Origin: a virus
Taxonomy: Duplodnaviria > Caudoviricetes
Reading direction: 5' to 3' (one strand)
Length of the DNA: 64,000 nucleotides
Virus record (IMG/VR): IMGVR_UViG_3300014590_000001
Location: 96,001-160,000 of that record
Shown: positions 9,214 to 18,845 of the stretch, in pieces
Layout: every line of letters begins with the position of its first letter
Numbering within the stretch: the first letter of the stretch is position 1
The notes under the pieces: generated by a model
Seen by the model: only the letters and a program-made list of their open reading frames with translations
Told to the model about the DNA's origin: nothing
Databases searched by the model: none
Program-made: the position numbers and the translations under genes

Positions 9214-9901
9214 ATGCTTCATCCAAATGAGAACGAGAGATAAGAAGGTGTCCGAACTTGCGCAGTTGTTCCTGCATATCGAGATATTCGAACATGGCAA
9301 AAACTTTATAGGCCGGATTGGTCAGCGGAATATTTTTGCTATACAGAATGCCCCAATATTCACGAACATAGTTATCCACTACATCCACGTAGAACGGAAG
9401 AATTTTCTGATCATCCTCGCGTACAGGCATATCAGAAAACGTTACGTCAGGGCAACCGGAAATTTCTGCGCGACGTTTCATGCGATGCAGTATCATAGGA
9501 ATAAAATGATTCTTCATCCAGAAGCCGAGCATATCAGAAGAAGTTTCACCACGCGCAAAGCTACCGCAATTTTGCTGCGCTTTATATAACTTGTTCATGC
9601 CAAAAATTTCTGCGAATGATTTCTGGCGCATTTTGCCAATCGAGTTAATAAACTCAGGATCGGAAGGTTCGACAAAACTAAACAGCACATCGCCCGGACA
9701 AACAACAACGCTTTCTTTTGCGTCAATGAATCCGTGGCTGTGATACTTCTCGTTGCATTGTGGGCAAACATCCGTACCTTTATATTTCGGGTGACGGAAG
9801 TAGCGAACAACAGTACCTTCTCTTTCAGGGGATTCGTTCGGAAAGTCGCCATTGGCAAACCATTGAACATAGGTAGTGAGTCGTAACTCGCGTTGAGACA
9901 T
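9203..9901 (-). CDS. Phage protein with N-terminal Zn-binding domain
   Basis: EGTVVRYFRHP...CPQC...HSHGFID...VVCPGD. Confidence 0.7.
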   Translation of the reverse strand: MSQRELRLTTYVQWFANGDFPNESPEREGTVVRYFRHPKYKGTDVCPQCNEKYHSHGFIDAKESVVVCPGDVLFSFVEPSDPEFINSIGKMRQKSFAEIFGMNKLYKAQQNCGSFARGETSSDMLGFWMKNHFIPMILHRMKRRAEISGCPDVTFSDMPVREDDQKILPFYVDVVDNYVREYWGILYSKNIPLTNPAYKVFAMFEYLDMQEQLRKFGHLLISRSHLDEAYGK

Positions 9902-9948
9902 ATTGAAACTCCTGTAGTTTTGAAGGGGAAATTACCTTCCCCTTATAT

Positions 9949-10344
9949 TTACAGTTTTCCAATATTAATAGAAGTGTCTTTGACGTGGGGCAGTTTCACA
10001 ATACCGAGATTGGTCTTTTGCAAAACTGTTTGCGGCAGGAGAATTCTTTTTGGAAACTTCTGAAGTACCTTTCGCCAATACGGTTTCGAGATACATTCAA
10101 ACTTCAGAAACTCTATTCCTTGCTGTTCCTGGTATTCAAACAAAACTTCCAATAGTCCGTATGAAAGTTTGTGGCCGCGCATTCGTTCAGGCACATAAAT
10201 ATATTCGAGTACCGGAATACGATCCACTGTTATCTTGATATAAGGAATATCCTCTTTCTCAATAACAGCGGATTCTTGCGCAGGGAATCCCTTCAAAGTT
10301 AGAAAGGTTCCGGAGTAATCTTCCGAAATATTTCCTTTAAGCAT
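9949..10344 (-). CDS. GNAT-family acetyltransferase-like protein
   Basis: LEYIYVPERMRGHKLSYGLL resembles GNAT motif A (VxxxxRGxG). Confidence 0.6.
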   Translation of the reverse strand: MLKGNISEDYSGTFLTLKGFPAQESAVIEKEDIPYIKITVDRIPVLEYIYVPERMRGHKLSYGLLEVLFEYQEQQGIEFLKFECISKPYWRKVLQKFPKRILLPQTVLQKTNLGIVKLPHVKDTSINIGKL

Positions 10345-10666
10345 TGTACAGATACCTTTCTTGCCAAGACGATTTGATGTGTGCTTTATTTACTGTACGA
10401 CGCTCAAGACGAACAATAATCTTTCGCCCTAAGATGCCTACAGATTCAATTTTAATATCACCGTTCGCGTCAAAGACACGCAGCTCTAAAGACGGACGAA
10501 ACATCTGCTTCATTTCCACGGCGCTAAACTCAATCGTGATTTCGTTCTGGCCAGGAATGATTGGTTCGTCGCGCAAATAGTTTCTGTAATCGTAGAAACC
10601 TTTATCCGGAGGCGACATGTTTGCGCCAAAATATCTGAATGGTTGGAACATAGCTACCTCTCGCAA
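10337..10666 (-). CDS. Hypothetical protein
   Basis: ORF in operon; true start possibly 10651. Confidence 0.6.
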   Translation of the reverse strand: MREVAMFQPFRYFGANMSPPDKGFYDYRNYLRDEPIIPGQNEITIEFSAVEMKQMFRPSLELRVFDANGDIKIESVGILGRKIIVRLERRTVNKAHIKSSWQERYLYNA

Positions 10667-10701
10667 ATAATCATCCCTAATAAATTAGCGAGAGGCAAAG
10701 T

Positions 10702-11358
10702 TTATGCTACGCGGCGAATCATTTCGTTCAGTGCTGCCACAACTTCTTCAGCAGGAACATTCGCTTTCAGCATTTCCGACAGTTCGCTTACTTGCGATAC
10801 GCACAACGATTTGCTGGCGTGTTCGAAACCGTCAGCGTTGATCAGCAGACGCAAACACATAGCGCCTGTCTGTACCGCCTCTTCACTGATTTTAACTTTC
10901 AAGTCTTCACGGTCTTCCGGATCTTGCTGATAGTCCAGCGCCGCCTGAAGAGTTTCACCAGCTTCTTCACCGAGAATACCCGCAGCATACACCGCGTCTT
11001 TATTCCAGTTAGGATGTTTCGCTTCGGCTTTAACCAATTCGTTATAGAAGCCGTGCATGTGTTTGGCACAATCCAGATCGTGTTGCGGAGTATCGCCAAG
11101 ATTGAACCAACGTCCGGTGCTGATATAGCGAACAAGTTCGAACGGATCGAAAATCTGGAGTTTCTGACAACGGATTTTTGCGGTAATGCCGTCAGTGTGT
11201 TCGATATAAAAAGGCGAGTGTGTTGCGACAGTGAAAAGATCCATTGCCACAAGAGAACCGACAGCCGGATAAAAGTTTTCAGACAGTTCAATCAGGCCAG
11301 TGCCTACGGATTGTTTGTCCTGCTTCAGATCGATCAGTTTAAACGGATATGCGAACAT
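10702..11358 (-). CDS. MazG-like all-alpha NTP pyrophosphohydrolase domain protein
   Basis: ILGEEAGETLQA...ISEEAVQTGAMCLR (EExxE...ExxQ/D pattern). Confidence 0.65.
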   Translation of the reverse strand: MFAYPFKLIDLKQDKQSVGTGLIELSENFYPAVGSLVAMDLFTVATHSPFYIEHTDGITAKIRCQKLQIFDPFELVRYISTGRWFNLGDTPQHDLDCAKHMHGFYNELVKAEAKHPNWNKDAVYAAGILGEEAGETLQAALDYQQDPEDREDLKVKISEEAVQTGAMCLRLLINADGFEHASKSLCVSQVSELSEMLKANVPAEEVVAALNEMIRRVA

Positions 11359-11367
11359 TGTTTTGCC

Positions 11368-12099
11368 TTATACTGGAATGGAGTTAACGAGCGTAAGATA
11401 TTCCGCATTAATATCGCGATAGATAGCGTAATAGCCGTCGCGAGTAGGACACGCAATATCGTAGGAGAAATGCTGCGACACATTGATAGCATAAATGTAG
11501 CCGTAGAAAGCAGGTTCATCGCCGTTATCAATTTTGATTGCATCACCGATTTGGAAATTGTTGTACTCAAATTCCATAGCGCCACTAATCATCAGGCTAG
11601 TGATCATAATGCTATGTTGAGTCGGACGCATATCAGTGATTTGTTCACCGAAGAAAGTTTTAGGCCAGCGAATTTCTTTCGGGCATGGCGCAAGTTCTTC
11701 AGCTTCAGAATTTTGCTCAACAACAGTCAGTCGAGTTGTCGGCTGTTTGACTTCTTCCGGATCAACAATCTCCTCTTCGTCGTAAACGTTATCCGGATGG
11801 CGCAGACTTGAGCTAGGGATCATTTTCATTACGGACATTACGCCGCTGTTACCAACAGGGATAGCGATATCGTAACTCACGAATGAACTAAAGCGCACAC
11901 CGATAACAGTTGCGTCAACGAAATGGGAAATATCTTTGTCACTCTGACAGATACCTAAAACAACAGGCTGACCAATTTTGTGTTTGTAGAGTGAGTTGTG
12001 ATCAGCTTGTTTCGCGTCTTCGCAGAATTGAATACGCACGTCGCGAATATTGTCGCGGTGGATTGCTGCAAAGTCAAACCAGTTACGCATGATAGGCAT
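11368..12099 (-). CDS. Hypothetical protein with two tandem beta-rich repeats (probable paralogue of 3553..4203)
   Basis: HKIGQPV...VSYDIAIP and FQIGDAI...FSYDIACP. Confidence 0.7.
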   Translation of the reverse strand: MPIMRNWFDFAAIHRDNIRDVRIQFCEDAKQADHNSLYKHKIGQPVVLGICQSDKDISHFVDATVIGVRFSSFVSYDIAIPVGNSGVMSVMKMIPSSSLRHPDNVYDEEEIVDPEEVKQPTTRLTVVEQNSEAEELAPCPKEIRWPKTFFGEQITDMRPTQHSIMITSLMISGAMEFEYNNFQIGDAIKIDNGDEPAFYGYIYAINVSQHFSYDIACPTRDGYYAIYRDINAEYLTLVNSIPV

Positions 12100-12113
12100 A
12101 GAATGTTCCTACG

Positions 12114-12136
12114 AAAAAGGCGACCGAAGCCGCCTT
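12114..12136 (-). terminator. Intrinsic terminator
   Basis: GGCGGC-TTCG-GTCGCC-TTTTT (UUCG loop). Confidence 0.85.
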
Positions 12137-12142
12137 AATAGT

Positions 12143-13237
12143 TTATTTAGTGACGCGGCCTTTAACAGCAGGAAGAGGATTGTAATCTTCCATAGTGAAA
12201 TATTCAGCCGTGATATTTTCCAGAAGTTCTTCCGGAGTCATTGAAAAGATCTTGTCGTCGATACGCAGAATTGGATACTGCATCGGCTCGCCAGTTTTAC
12301 GAACTTTTTCTACCAGCGTCAGGAATTGATCGTATTGTTTGTTCAGCGCTTCCCAATGATGATCGTAAACGTGCGTGTTCGTTGTGTCGAAAGTAATGCT
12401 GCCAATATTCAGGCCGCAATATTTCGCGAACAGATGGAACATCGCAGTGTATCCCGCGACGTTGAACGGGAATCCGAGCAGCGTATCTGATGAACGCAGG
12501 AATACACTCAGGTGCAAACTTTCTTCGAACGATTCACCGTGCGCGTAACGCATGATCGTTTGCTCGTACATAGTGGACGGCAGAACGTTGAATTCGAAAC
12601 CAGTGTGACACGGAGGCAGACCTTGCATGTTCACGTATGCCGGATTGAAAGCCTGAACACGAATGCGACGAGAGCGCGAACGATCTTTAATATCGTGCAG
12701 CGCATTCAGAAGTTGATCAACGTGACCTTCAACCAACATGCGACCGTCTGCCAGTTCAGTAGCTTTACCGCCGCGCTCAACCATGCGCATCATTTCTAAC
12801 GTGTTGCGAGTTTGTTCGGCAACGGTTTTGCAATCTTCGGTACGCGGGAAGATTTTAATGTCAGGCCAACGTCGCCACATAGCGCCGTAAATCGGGCCAC
12901 ACTCGCCATCTTCGTCTGCCCATTCATCCCAAATCTTACTGTTAAGAGAATTGATATTTGTTTCGCCGCGCATGAACCAACAGGTTTCATCTACAGCAGC
13001 AACCCAATTCTTTTTAGCAGACAGTGGCAGAGGAAACGCCGCAGCAGTATTCGCCAGTTGCATTACGCAGCCGGGAACAGTTTGCCAGCGATCTTCTGTA
13101 CGTTTCGGATCTTGTACCGGACGACCTTCTTCGCGAATCAAATCAACACGACCCATATACAAGCAATCGTAATTGTCCAGCGCGTAGGCGTTGAAGTCTT
13201 GCTCACGGCGCAGATCCAGTTGTGGATATTTACTCAT
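12143..13237 (-). CDS. thyA: Thymidylate synthase
   Basis: GPIYG, RSRR, catalytic LPPCH, RSSDxxLGxPFN (dUMP-specifying Asn), HVY. Confidence 0.95.
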   Translation of the reverse strand: MSKYPQLDLRREQDFNAYALDNYDCLYMGRVDLIREEGRPVQDPKRTEDRWQTVPGCVMQLANTAAAFPLPLSAKKNWVAAVDETCWFMRGETNINSLNSKIWDEWADEDGECGPIYGAMWRRWPDIKIFPRTEDCKTVAEQTRNTLEMMRMVERGGKATELADGRMLVEGHVDQLLNALHDIKDRSRSRRIRVQAFNPAYVNMQGLPPCHTGFEFNVLPSTMYEQTIMRYAHGESFEESLHLSVFLRSSDTLLGFPFNVAGYTAMFHLFAKYCGLNIGSITFDTTNTHVYDHHWEALNKQYDQFLTLVEKVRKTGEPMQYPILRIDDKIFSMTPEELLENITAEYFTMEDYNPLPAVKGRVTK

Positions 13238-14108
13238 TGGTTCCCTTATCTTCTTCGATGGTAACACGGCTCAGAGCGCACTTCTCAAACTTGTATTGTT
13301 CACCGATATAAATACCGTCAGTGGTTCCAAATACAAGCGTGGTTAAAATTCCGAAGCAGTCGAAAACAACTTCGTCGCCCTGAATAGAATTTACAGTTAA
13401 TGTATCGCCAGAGAAAATCTTCTTATCCATAAGTGCCTGAAGATTTCGCGCACTCAAAATAAGATAGTCAACAGGCGCTCGATCAAAGTTTCGTTGCAGC
13501 AAGAAATTGGTGCGGAAATGGTGCAGCGTGATTGTATGCAGATTGCCTTTCTCGTCGTGATAGTTCACATACGGGCACGGCTGATCTTTATTGGTTACGC
13601 TATCAACTACAGCAAACGAAATTTCTTGTTCGTATTCCATGTGACCTACCGCATTAAATTTTCCAGTAGGTACAGAGAATTCGTGATACCACTTCGAACC
13701 GACAGCAGGGAAATCAATTTTGTTTGCGGCGTAAGCAGCCAACGCGACCAAACGATCCAAAGGAGTTTCAGACGCATTAGATTCATTGTCACGCATTTTG
13801 AACTTGCGAATAAACTCATGCGCCGGACGTGAGTAAATTGCGTATCCGTTAGCCGTCATATAGGTGACAGTAAGAGGCCACTCAATTCCATGAGCGTAAG
13901 AGTTTGACACAACCTGAATGGTATAAAACTTTTCGTTCTTGTAGTGTTGCCAGATAGTGCCTGGAATTAAACGTCCTTCGCGGAACATTTCGCGAGCGAT
14001 TCGTTCGTACTTGCGATTGAGATATTTTTCGCGCAGCAAATAGACCAGCAACAGCGCCATGCAGACTTTGATGAAATAGAAAATAGCTTCGCCAACAGTT
14101 ACAATCAT
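13230..14108 (-). CDS. Membrane-anchored DUF1653-like domain protein
   Basis: N-terminal TM helix; GTIWQHYK...VTY...YSRPAHEFIRKF plus a second degenerate copy. Confidence 0.6.
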   Translation of the reverse strand: MIVTVGEAIFYFIKVCMALLLVYLLREKYLNRKYERIAREMFREGRLIPGTIWQHYKNEKFYTIQVVSNSYAHGIEWPLTVTYMTANGYAIYSRPAHEFIRKFKMRDNESNASETPLDRLVALAAYAANKIDFPAVGSKWYHEFSVPTGKFNAVGHMEYEQEISFAVVDSVTNKDQPCPYVNYHDEKGNLHTITLHHFRTNFLLQRNFDRAPVDYLILSARNLQALMDKKIFSGDTLTVNSIQGDEVVFDCFGILTTLVFGTTDGIYIGEQYKFEKCALSRVTIEEDKGTNE

Positions 14109-14110
14109 TT

Positions 14111-14560
14111 TTATTCTTCCGGATCAGTAGTCGCGTTTTGAATCGCGTTTTTAATTATTTCGTGAAGATCTTTCAGCGCCGTGTTATTTCCTTTTACGGA
14201 AAGTTGGTGGCGGAAATGCTCACGAACCACATACAAAGTTTCCAGCATTAATTTGCTCCCAGCCATCAGGCGAGCGTTTGCAATATCGGCATCCTTTTCT
14301 TTTGAATGATCGTCACACTCAGAAGAACTTTTGCCGACCAAGAAACGCTTCCCACCTTCGACAGTATAAATCGAATTGCCTTTATGCTGCCAATGGCCAG
14401 GAGAAATATCAAGTGACTCAATTGGAACGAGTTTACGCAGCTTAGGAACTTTGAACGCAACCATTTCCGTGTACTTGAATTTTTCGTTGTTGCAATCGCA
14501 GGATGAAACCATACCGTGATAGATGTGTTCGCAGTTCTTGCATTGATAAAGACGTTCCAT
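14111..14560 (-). CDS. Hypothetical protein with N-terminal Cys cluster
   Basis: YQCKNC...CDC; SPGHW...ANARLMA pattern common in phage proteins. Confidence 0.7.
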   Translation of the reverse strand: MERLYQCKNCEHIYHGMVSSCDCNNEKFKYTEMVAFKVPKLRKLVPIESLDISPGHWQHKGNSIYTVEGGKRFLVGKSSSECDDHSKEKDADIANARLMAGSKLMLETLYVVREHFRHQLSVKGNNTALKDLHEIIKNAIQNATTDPEE

Positions 14561-14569
14561 ACCATTTCC

Positions 14570-15346
14570 TTAACAGATAGTTTGAGTCATTCGTTTTTCG
14601 GACGCGTTGATATAATCCACAACTTCTTTTTCCGGAATATGAATCAACGTAAAACCTTCAGCTTCCAGCAGATGATCAGTAATGCGATAACTGCGAGAGA
14701 AAACAATAGTGCGAATATCGCTGTTCAGGCGCAGGAAGTTCAGACAATCAGGACACGGTGAATCCGTGATATACATTGTGTCGAATCGAACATCTTCGCA
14801 CACGCACATATTTTTGATCGCGTTTACTTCAGCGTGAACAACATCCGGAGAAGACAGAGTGCAAAGATTATCTTCACACGTATTCTCGTAACCGACTGGA
14901 GTACCATTAACGCCGCTACTTAAAATAACAGGCGGTTGATTTGGAGTGCGACGAACGATCAATGCAGCACATGCGCGACGGCGAGATTTTGAAACGTTAG
15001 CCAGCATAAACGCCGCAGATAAAAACGGATAGTGTTGGATACGATCCGCAATTGGAATAGTTCCAAAGTGTCCGTTCAGTTCCAGATGAATCACACACTC
15101 GGCAAAAGTATCGTGAGCGAAAACAGGAATACCTTCAAGCTCAGGATTCAACAGGCGACCGCCACCATCAAGGCGCATAACTACAGGCATGATCATACTG
15201 CCGTTATGCTTTACCTGTTCCAAAGTATCAAACACAACGCTGTCTTGATCGTGCTGATTAGTCCAGAAATGCAGAGTGCGGATCAGACTTTTGTTTTTGA
15301 TCGTTGCCGGACGAATAACCAAAAACGCTTTAACTTTCGATTCCAT
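14570..15346 (-). CDS. dCMP deaminase with N-terminal extension
   Basis: SGVNGTP, HAEVNAI and SPCPDC zinc-deaminase motifs; start MESKVK. Confidence 0.9.
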   Translation of the reverse strand: MESKVKAFLVIRPATIKNKSLIRTLHFWTNQHDQDSVVFDTLEQVKHNGSMIMPVVMRLDGGGRLLNPELEGIPVFAHDTFAECVIHLELNGHFGTIPIADRIQHYPFLSAAFMLANVSKSRRRACAALIVRRTPNQPPVILSSGVNGTPVGYENTCEDNLCTLSSPDVVHAEVNAIKNMCVCEDVRFDTMYITDSPCPDCLNFLRLNSDIRTIVFSRSYRITDHLLEAEGFTLIHIPEKEVVDYINASEKRMTQTIC

Positions 15347-15665
15347 TTTCTTTCCTGTAATGAACAATGAGTGCTCGCATAACAGCGGTTGTGTGATCGG
15401 TTCCGAAACCTTCGCAACCAGATAAAGTTTTTGCACGATACGATGCAGTATGCAGACGCTCAACACTGATTTCATGAACGAGCATCAGACGCATAATGTT
15501 ATGCCCTTCGTAAACGTTCGGCATCATCGACATGAATTGAACAGTGCCGTCAGCATCGATCCATTCTTCAGTCTCTTCACCAGCGCACCAACCTTCGCGC
15601 ATAGTCCACCCACGAGCAATCAGGTATTGAGTCTGAAGTTCTTGCCGCTCGTCGCAGGTACTCAC
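15330..15665 (-). CDS. NinX/DUF2591-like phage protein
   Basis: C-terminal GTDHTTAVMRALI pattern; tentative. Confidence 0.5.
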   Translation of the reverse strand: MSTCDERQELQTQYLIARGWTMREGWCAGEETEEWIDADGTVQFMSMMPNVYEGHNIMRLMLVHEISVERLHTASYRAKTLSGCEGFGTDHTTAVMRALIVHYRKENGIES

Positions 15666-16267
15666 CAGAAAAGAATTCGTGCAGTTGCGAAACTGAAATT
15701 CTCGCCCGGAGCCATAATGATTGGCGCACGTAATGACGGAGGCAAATCTTGTTTCAGTAATTGCGCACGAACTTTCGGAGTCACGTAATACTGATCCGCG
15801 ATGTTCACCAGAACGCCAAAGTGATTGCCGTAACGCCTTTGCGTGTTGTCGATATCTGAAACATTCCAGTACGGAGAGAACAGTTTGTTACCACCGTTTT
15901 CTTCAACTTCCAGCAGCGTGAGGCGCAGACGTTCTTCGAAACGCGAATGACCTTCAATCCATTTGCTGTAGAAGTATTCGAACGTTTGCTGAATCTCACT
16001 AAGGATCGTTTCGTAGTCACGCCCACGATTAAAGAAACTATCTGCGCGGTACGGTTTGCAGAAGTGCAGGTTGTACATCATCAGCAGATCAATATCGCTG
16101 GGGCCAATCGAACCAGTATAGAAAACTTTCTCGAAGAAGTTTTGCTTATCCAGACGCGCACCGATATAACGCATACGCAGATAGGCCAGAAAGTTTGTTT
16201 CCATTCCAGCATCAAAATGGAAGTGATCGAAATCGTCAACAGTGAGAACAGGCAGTTTCTTTTCCAT
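15662..16267 (-). CDS. Hypothetical protein
   Basis: 201-aa ORF. Confidence 0.7.
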   Translation of the reverse strand: MEKKLPVLTVDDFDHFHFDAGMETNFLAYLRMRYIGARLDKQNFFEKVFYTGSIGPSDIDLLMMYNLHFCKPYRADSFFNRGRDYETILSEIQQTFEYFYSKWIEGHSRFEERLRLTLLEVEENGGNKLFSPYWNVSDIDNTQRRYGNHFGVLVNIADQYYVTPKVRAQLLKQDLPPSLRAPIIMAPGENFSFATARILFW

Positions 16268-16289
16268 AAAGTTTTTCCTACAGACGTGA

Positions 16290-16311
16290 GAAAGGCGAGT
16301 TTCCTCGCCTT
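16290..16311 (-). terminator. Hairpin terminator
   Basis: AAGGCGAG-GAAA-CTCGCCTT-T. Confidence 0.6.
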
Positions 16312-16329
16312 GTATGAGTTACTTTATAT

Positions 16330-16590
16330 TTACAGTTTTTTGATTTGTACCATACGTACAATCAGACCCTGCAATTTAGCTTGTTTGGCACACGCTTCCG
16401 AAACATCTTTCCAGCCGTCTTTACCGTCCATCAGTGCGACCTGATAGCGAGTTTCGAAACTTTCAGGATTTTCAGTAGTAACCCAAACTTTTTTATCCAG
16501 AAACGCTTGAGGAAGTTCGTCCGGAATTCCAACCCAAACACCCGCGCCCATGAGAGTGGTTACGAATGGCCCAGCCACATTTTGAGTCAT
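16330..16590 (-). CDS. Hypothetical protein
   Basis: Start re-assigned to MTQNVAG (GAGG RBS). Confidence 0.65.
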   Translation of the reverse strand: MTQNVAGPFVTTLMGAGVWVGIPDELPQAFLDKKVWVTTENPESFETRYQVALMDGKDGWKDVSEACAKQAKLQGLIVRMVQIKKL

Positions 16591-16600
16591 GAAACTTTCC

Positions 16601-16795
16601 TCAGATAATACAGCCGCCACCTTCGCAGTTGTTGGAAGGTTCGAACGCCTCACCGCCGCCGTCACGTTTCGCTTCAATCGCAGCTTCATCGATCTCTAAC
16701 GAATCGAAAAAGTTTTGCTCGTCGAATGGATCGGATGGATTATTGTTTTTAGGGAAAGCGCTTCCCTGCGCAAGAATATCGTCAACCTTACTCAT
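16601..16795 (-). CDS. Small acidic protein ending in an NrdA-like CxxxxC tail
   Basis: ...EPSNNCEGGGCII-stop; AAGGA RBS. Confidence 0.7.
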   Translation of the reverse strand: MSKVDDILAQGSAFPKNNNPSDPFDEQNFFDSLEIDEAAIEAKRDGGGEAFEPSNNCEGGGCII

Positions 16796-17516
16796 TGTCA
16801 TTCCTTACAGCACGTAAATGATTTGCCGCAGTATTTGTACGCGACGGTTTGCCTAACAAATAAATCGAACCTGCGCCCGTCATAACAACTACACCGCCAT
16901 CTTCAGCAAGTGCAGCAGGATAGCGATAGATGATCGGTGCGTCATTGAAACGCGTAATCATACTACCTACCATCGTACCGTTTTCTTCGCGAAGATATTT
17001 TTCGGTATATTCGAACGCAGTTTGCAGAAGCGGATGAAGATTTGGCATCCCAGGAAATGCGAGACAACGAGATTGCAGTTCTTCGTCGTACTCTTCTTTC
17101 ACCAAAACTTCTGCGCAGTACATGGCGATATTAGTATCAACCAAACGGCGAGCGCATTGAATCAAAACAATTTCTTCGTGAAGATTCACACCAAACTCAA
17201 ACGCCTCAACAATCTGTTCTTTCGTGAGAATGTCTTTGTATCGGTGAAAAACTTCTGTCAGAAGATCCATGCTCAGTCCGGCGATAACAATATTCACCAG
17301 ATGATTTGAAGAAGGAATGCCTACGTGATACGTGCGCCAAACATCATTGAGCAGATCGAGATCTTCGTCTTTGAGCAGCAGAGCATTGCGAACAGCCTTA
17401 CCCTGAATGTCCAGAAACATCGGACTAGCGCCAGTGCGAACTTGTTCACCTTCCCATTTCGCATACGCTTCGAATCTTCCCAAACTTTTGGCAGAGATAG
17501 CACTGAAGTTTTCCAT
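16788..17516 (-). CDS. Hypothetical protein
   Basis: About 242-aa ORF. Confidence 0.7.
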   Translation of the reverse strand: MENFSAISAKSLGRFEAYAKWEGEQVRTGASPMFLDIQGKAVRNALLLKDEDLDLLNDVWRTYHVGIPSSNHLVNIVIAGLSMDLLTEVFHRYKDILTKEQIVEAFEFGVNLHEEIVLIQCARRLVDTNIAMYCAEVLVKEEYDEELQSRCLAFPGMPNLHPLLQTAFEYTEKYLREENGTMVGSMITRFNDAPIIYRYPAALAEDGGVVVMTGAGSIYLLGKPSRTNTAANHLRAVRNDNE

Positions 17517-17523
17517 AATCACC

Positions 17524-17667
17524 TTACTTGATAAAAACGTTTACTGCGAGATTGGTCAGCAGAAGCGCATTGACCGCCAAACTTACATAAACAATTCCAC
17601 GCAACGTAATGCTACGCTGAACAGTTTCAATGAAGTCTTTGTCGCAATGCTTGATGAAACTAATCAT
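17524..17667 (-). CDS. 47-aa protein with C-terminal membrane helix
   Basis: Manual translation MISFIKHCDKDFIETVQRSITLRGIVYVSLAVNALLLTNLAVNVFIK; GGAG RBS. Confidence 0.6.
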   Translation of the reverse strand: MISFIKHCDKDFIETVQRSITLRGIVYVSLAVNALLLTNLAVNVFIK

Positions 17668-17678
17668 GCTTTACTCCA

Positions 17679-18527
17679 CTAATAGTTAGTCACGATGATT
17701 TCTTTCGTACCGTGAGAATCGCGATGGGAATTAGCCAAACAGTAATGCTTGTCTATCTTATGAACCTTTACATCTTTTTTGTTTTTCTTCAGCCAGCTAA
17801 TCAGCAACTGGTTTTTGAAGTGGCGATGTTCGGTTACGTTGCTCAACATCCAACGCACATTGCGCTTAGTAAGGCCAGCCAGATTATTCAGCAAACGCTG
17901 TTCATCTTCTTCGCCGTACTTCGCATAAGTGTTAGCGCCGGAAGCCAGATAAGGTGGATCGAAATAGAAGAACGTTTTCTTATCCAGTTGTTTTCGATTG
18001 TGGAGTTCGTGAATCACTTCGGTATAACTTCCGCAGTGGAATTGCACGTTGTCCATCAGTTCGAAAAACTTCGTGAGTTCAGCTTCAACTTCATCGAAAC
18101 GATTCAGTAATCCACGATCACCAAACGGGGTATTGAAATGACCGTCAAGATTAAAGCGAAGAAGATTGCTATAAGCATGACGCTGAAGAATATAAAACAG
18201 AAGCGGATCATTTTTCGCATTCGCATACTTTTTAAAATCCTCAAACTGTTTTGCATTGCTGTTAGTCAGCGCCCATTTCGTTACCGTGCTTTTAATACGG
18301 CGCATCAGTTTCTTCGGATCGTTTTGTGCAAGGTGCTTAACGATTTCGAATACCTGTTCGTGACGCTCGATATACAGGCGCGATTTGAACGGCATGTTTG
18401 CAACCACAACAGCACTGCCGCCAAACGCGTCAATCATTCGTGTGCAGCCAGTAGGAAGCAAACTTTGAATAACAGGAAGTAACTCTCGTTTGTTTCCTTG
18501 AAACTTAATTGGACTCGCGTGAATCAT
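17679..18527 (-). CDS. dam: DNA adenine methyltransferase (T4 Dam-like)
   Basis: DAFGGS (motif I), YFDPPY (motif IV), SNLLRFNxxGxFNTPFG recognition hairpin, WMLSN, EIIVTNY. Confidence 0.9.
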   Translation of the reverse strand: MIHASPIKFQGNKRELLPVIQSLLPTGCTRMIDAFGGSAVVVANMPFKSRLYIERHEQVFEIVKHLAQNDPKKLMRRIKSTVTKWALTNSNAKQFEDFKKYANAKNDPLLFYILQRHAYSNLLRFNLDGHFNTPFGDRGLLNRFDEVEAELTKFFELMDNVQFHCGSYTEVIHELHNRKQLDKKTFFYFDPPYLASGANTYAKYGEEDEQRLLNNLAGLTKRNVRWMLSNVTEHRHFKNQLLISWLKKNKKDVKVHKIDKHYCLANSHRDSHGTKEIIVTNY

Positions 18528-18535
18528 ACGTTTTC

Positions 18536-18841
18536 CTAACTGAAATAAATACGACAGCCGCAGTTCGGGCACTCAGGTTCCTTTACGCGTAACCGTTTTG
18601 TTTTTGTAAGCGGCGCAGAATAAATATCGTAAGCAGACAGGCAGCGATAACACAAAACAATCTTTGGAACCACTGTCTGAATTTTAATGAACTTCACAGG
18701 AAGAGGAACAATGACATGCAGGTTAAGAATATTGTTTTCAATATCCTCTACCGTGTTGTTGGTTTCATCGCAAATAACTTTCGGTTTTCCACCGTAAGCA
18801 GTCTCTACATTTGCAAGAAATTCTTTTTGTTGTGGATTCAT
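18536..18841 (-). CDS. Zinc-ribbon protein
   Basis: CYRC...CPNCG; start MNPQQ. Confidence 0.65.
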   Translation of the reverse strand: MNPQQKEFLANVETAYGGKPKVICDETNNTVEDIENNILNLHVIVPLPVKFIKIQTVVPKIVLCYRCLSAYDIYSAPLTKTKRLRVKEPECPNCGCRIYFS

Positions 18842-18845
18842 TCTG

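Noticed and set aside
12143-13237. Possibility that the thymidylate-synthase homologue is a dCMP hydroxymethylase for modified DNA
   Set aside because: It retains the dUMP-specifying Asn (PFN) and sits with dCMP deaminase and dUTPase; no glycosyltransferase or hypermodification genes are seen in the window
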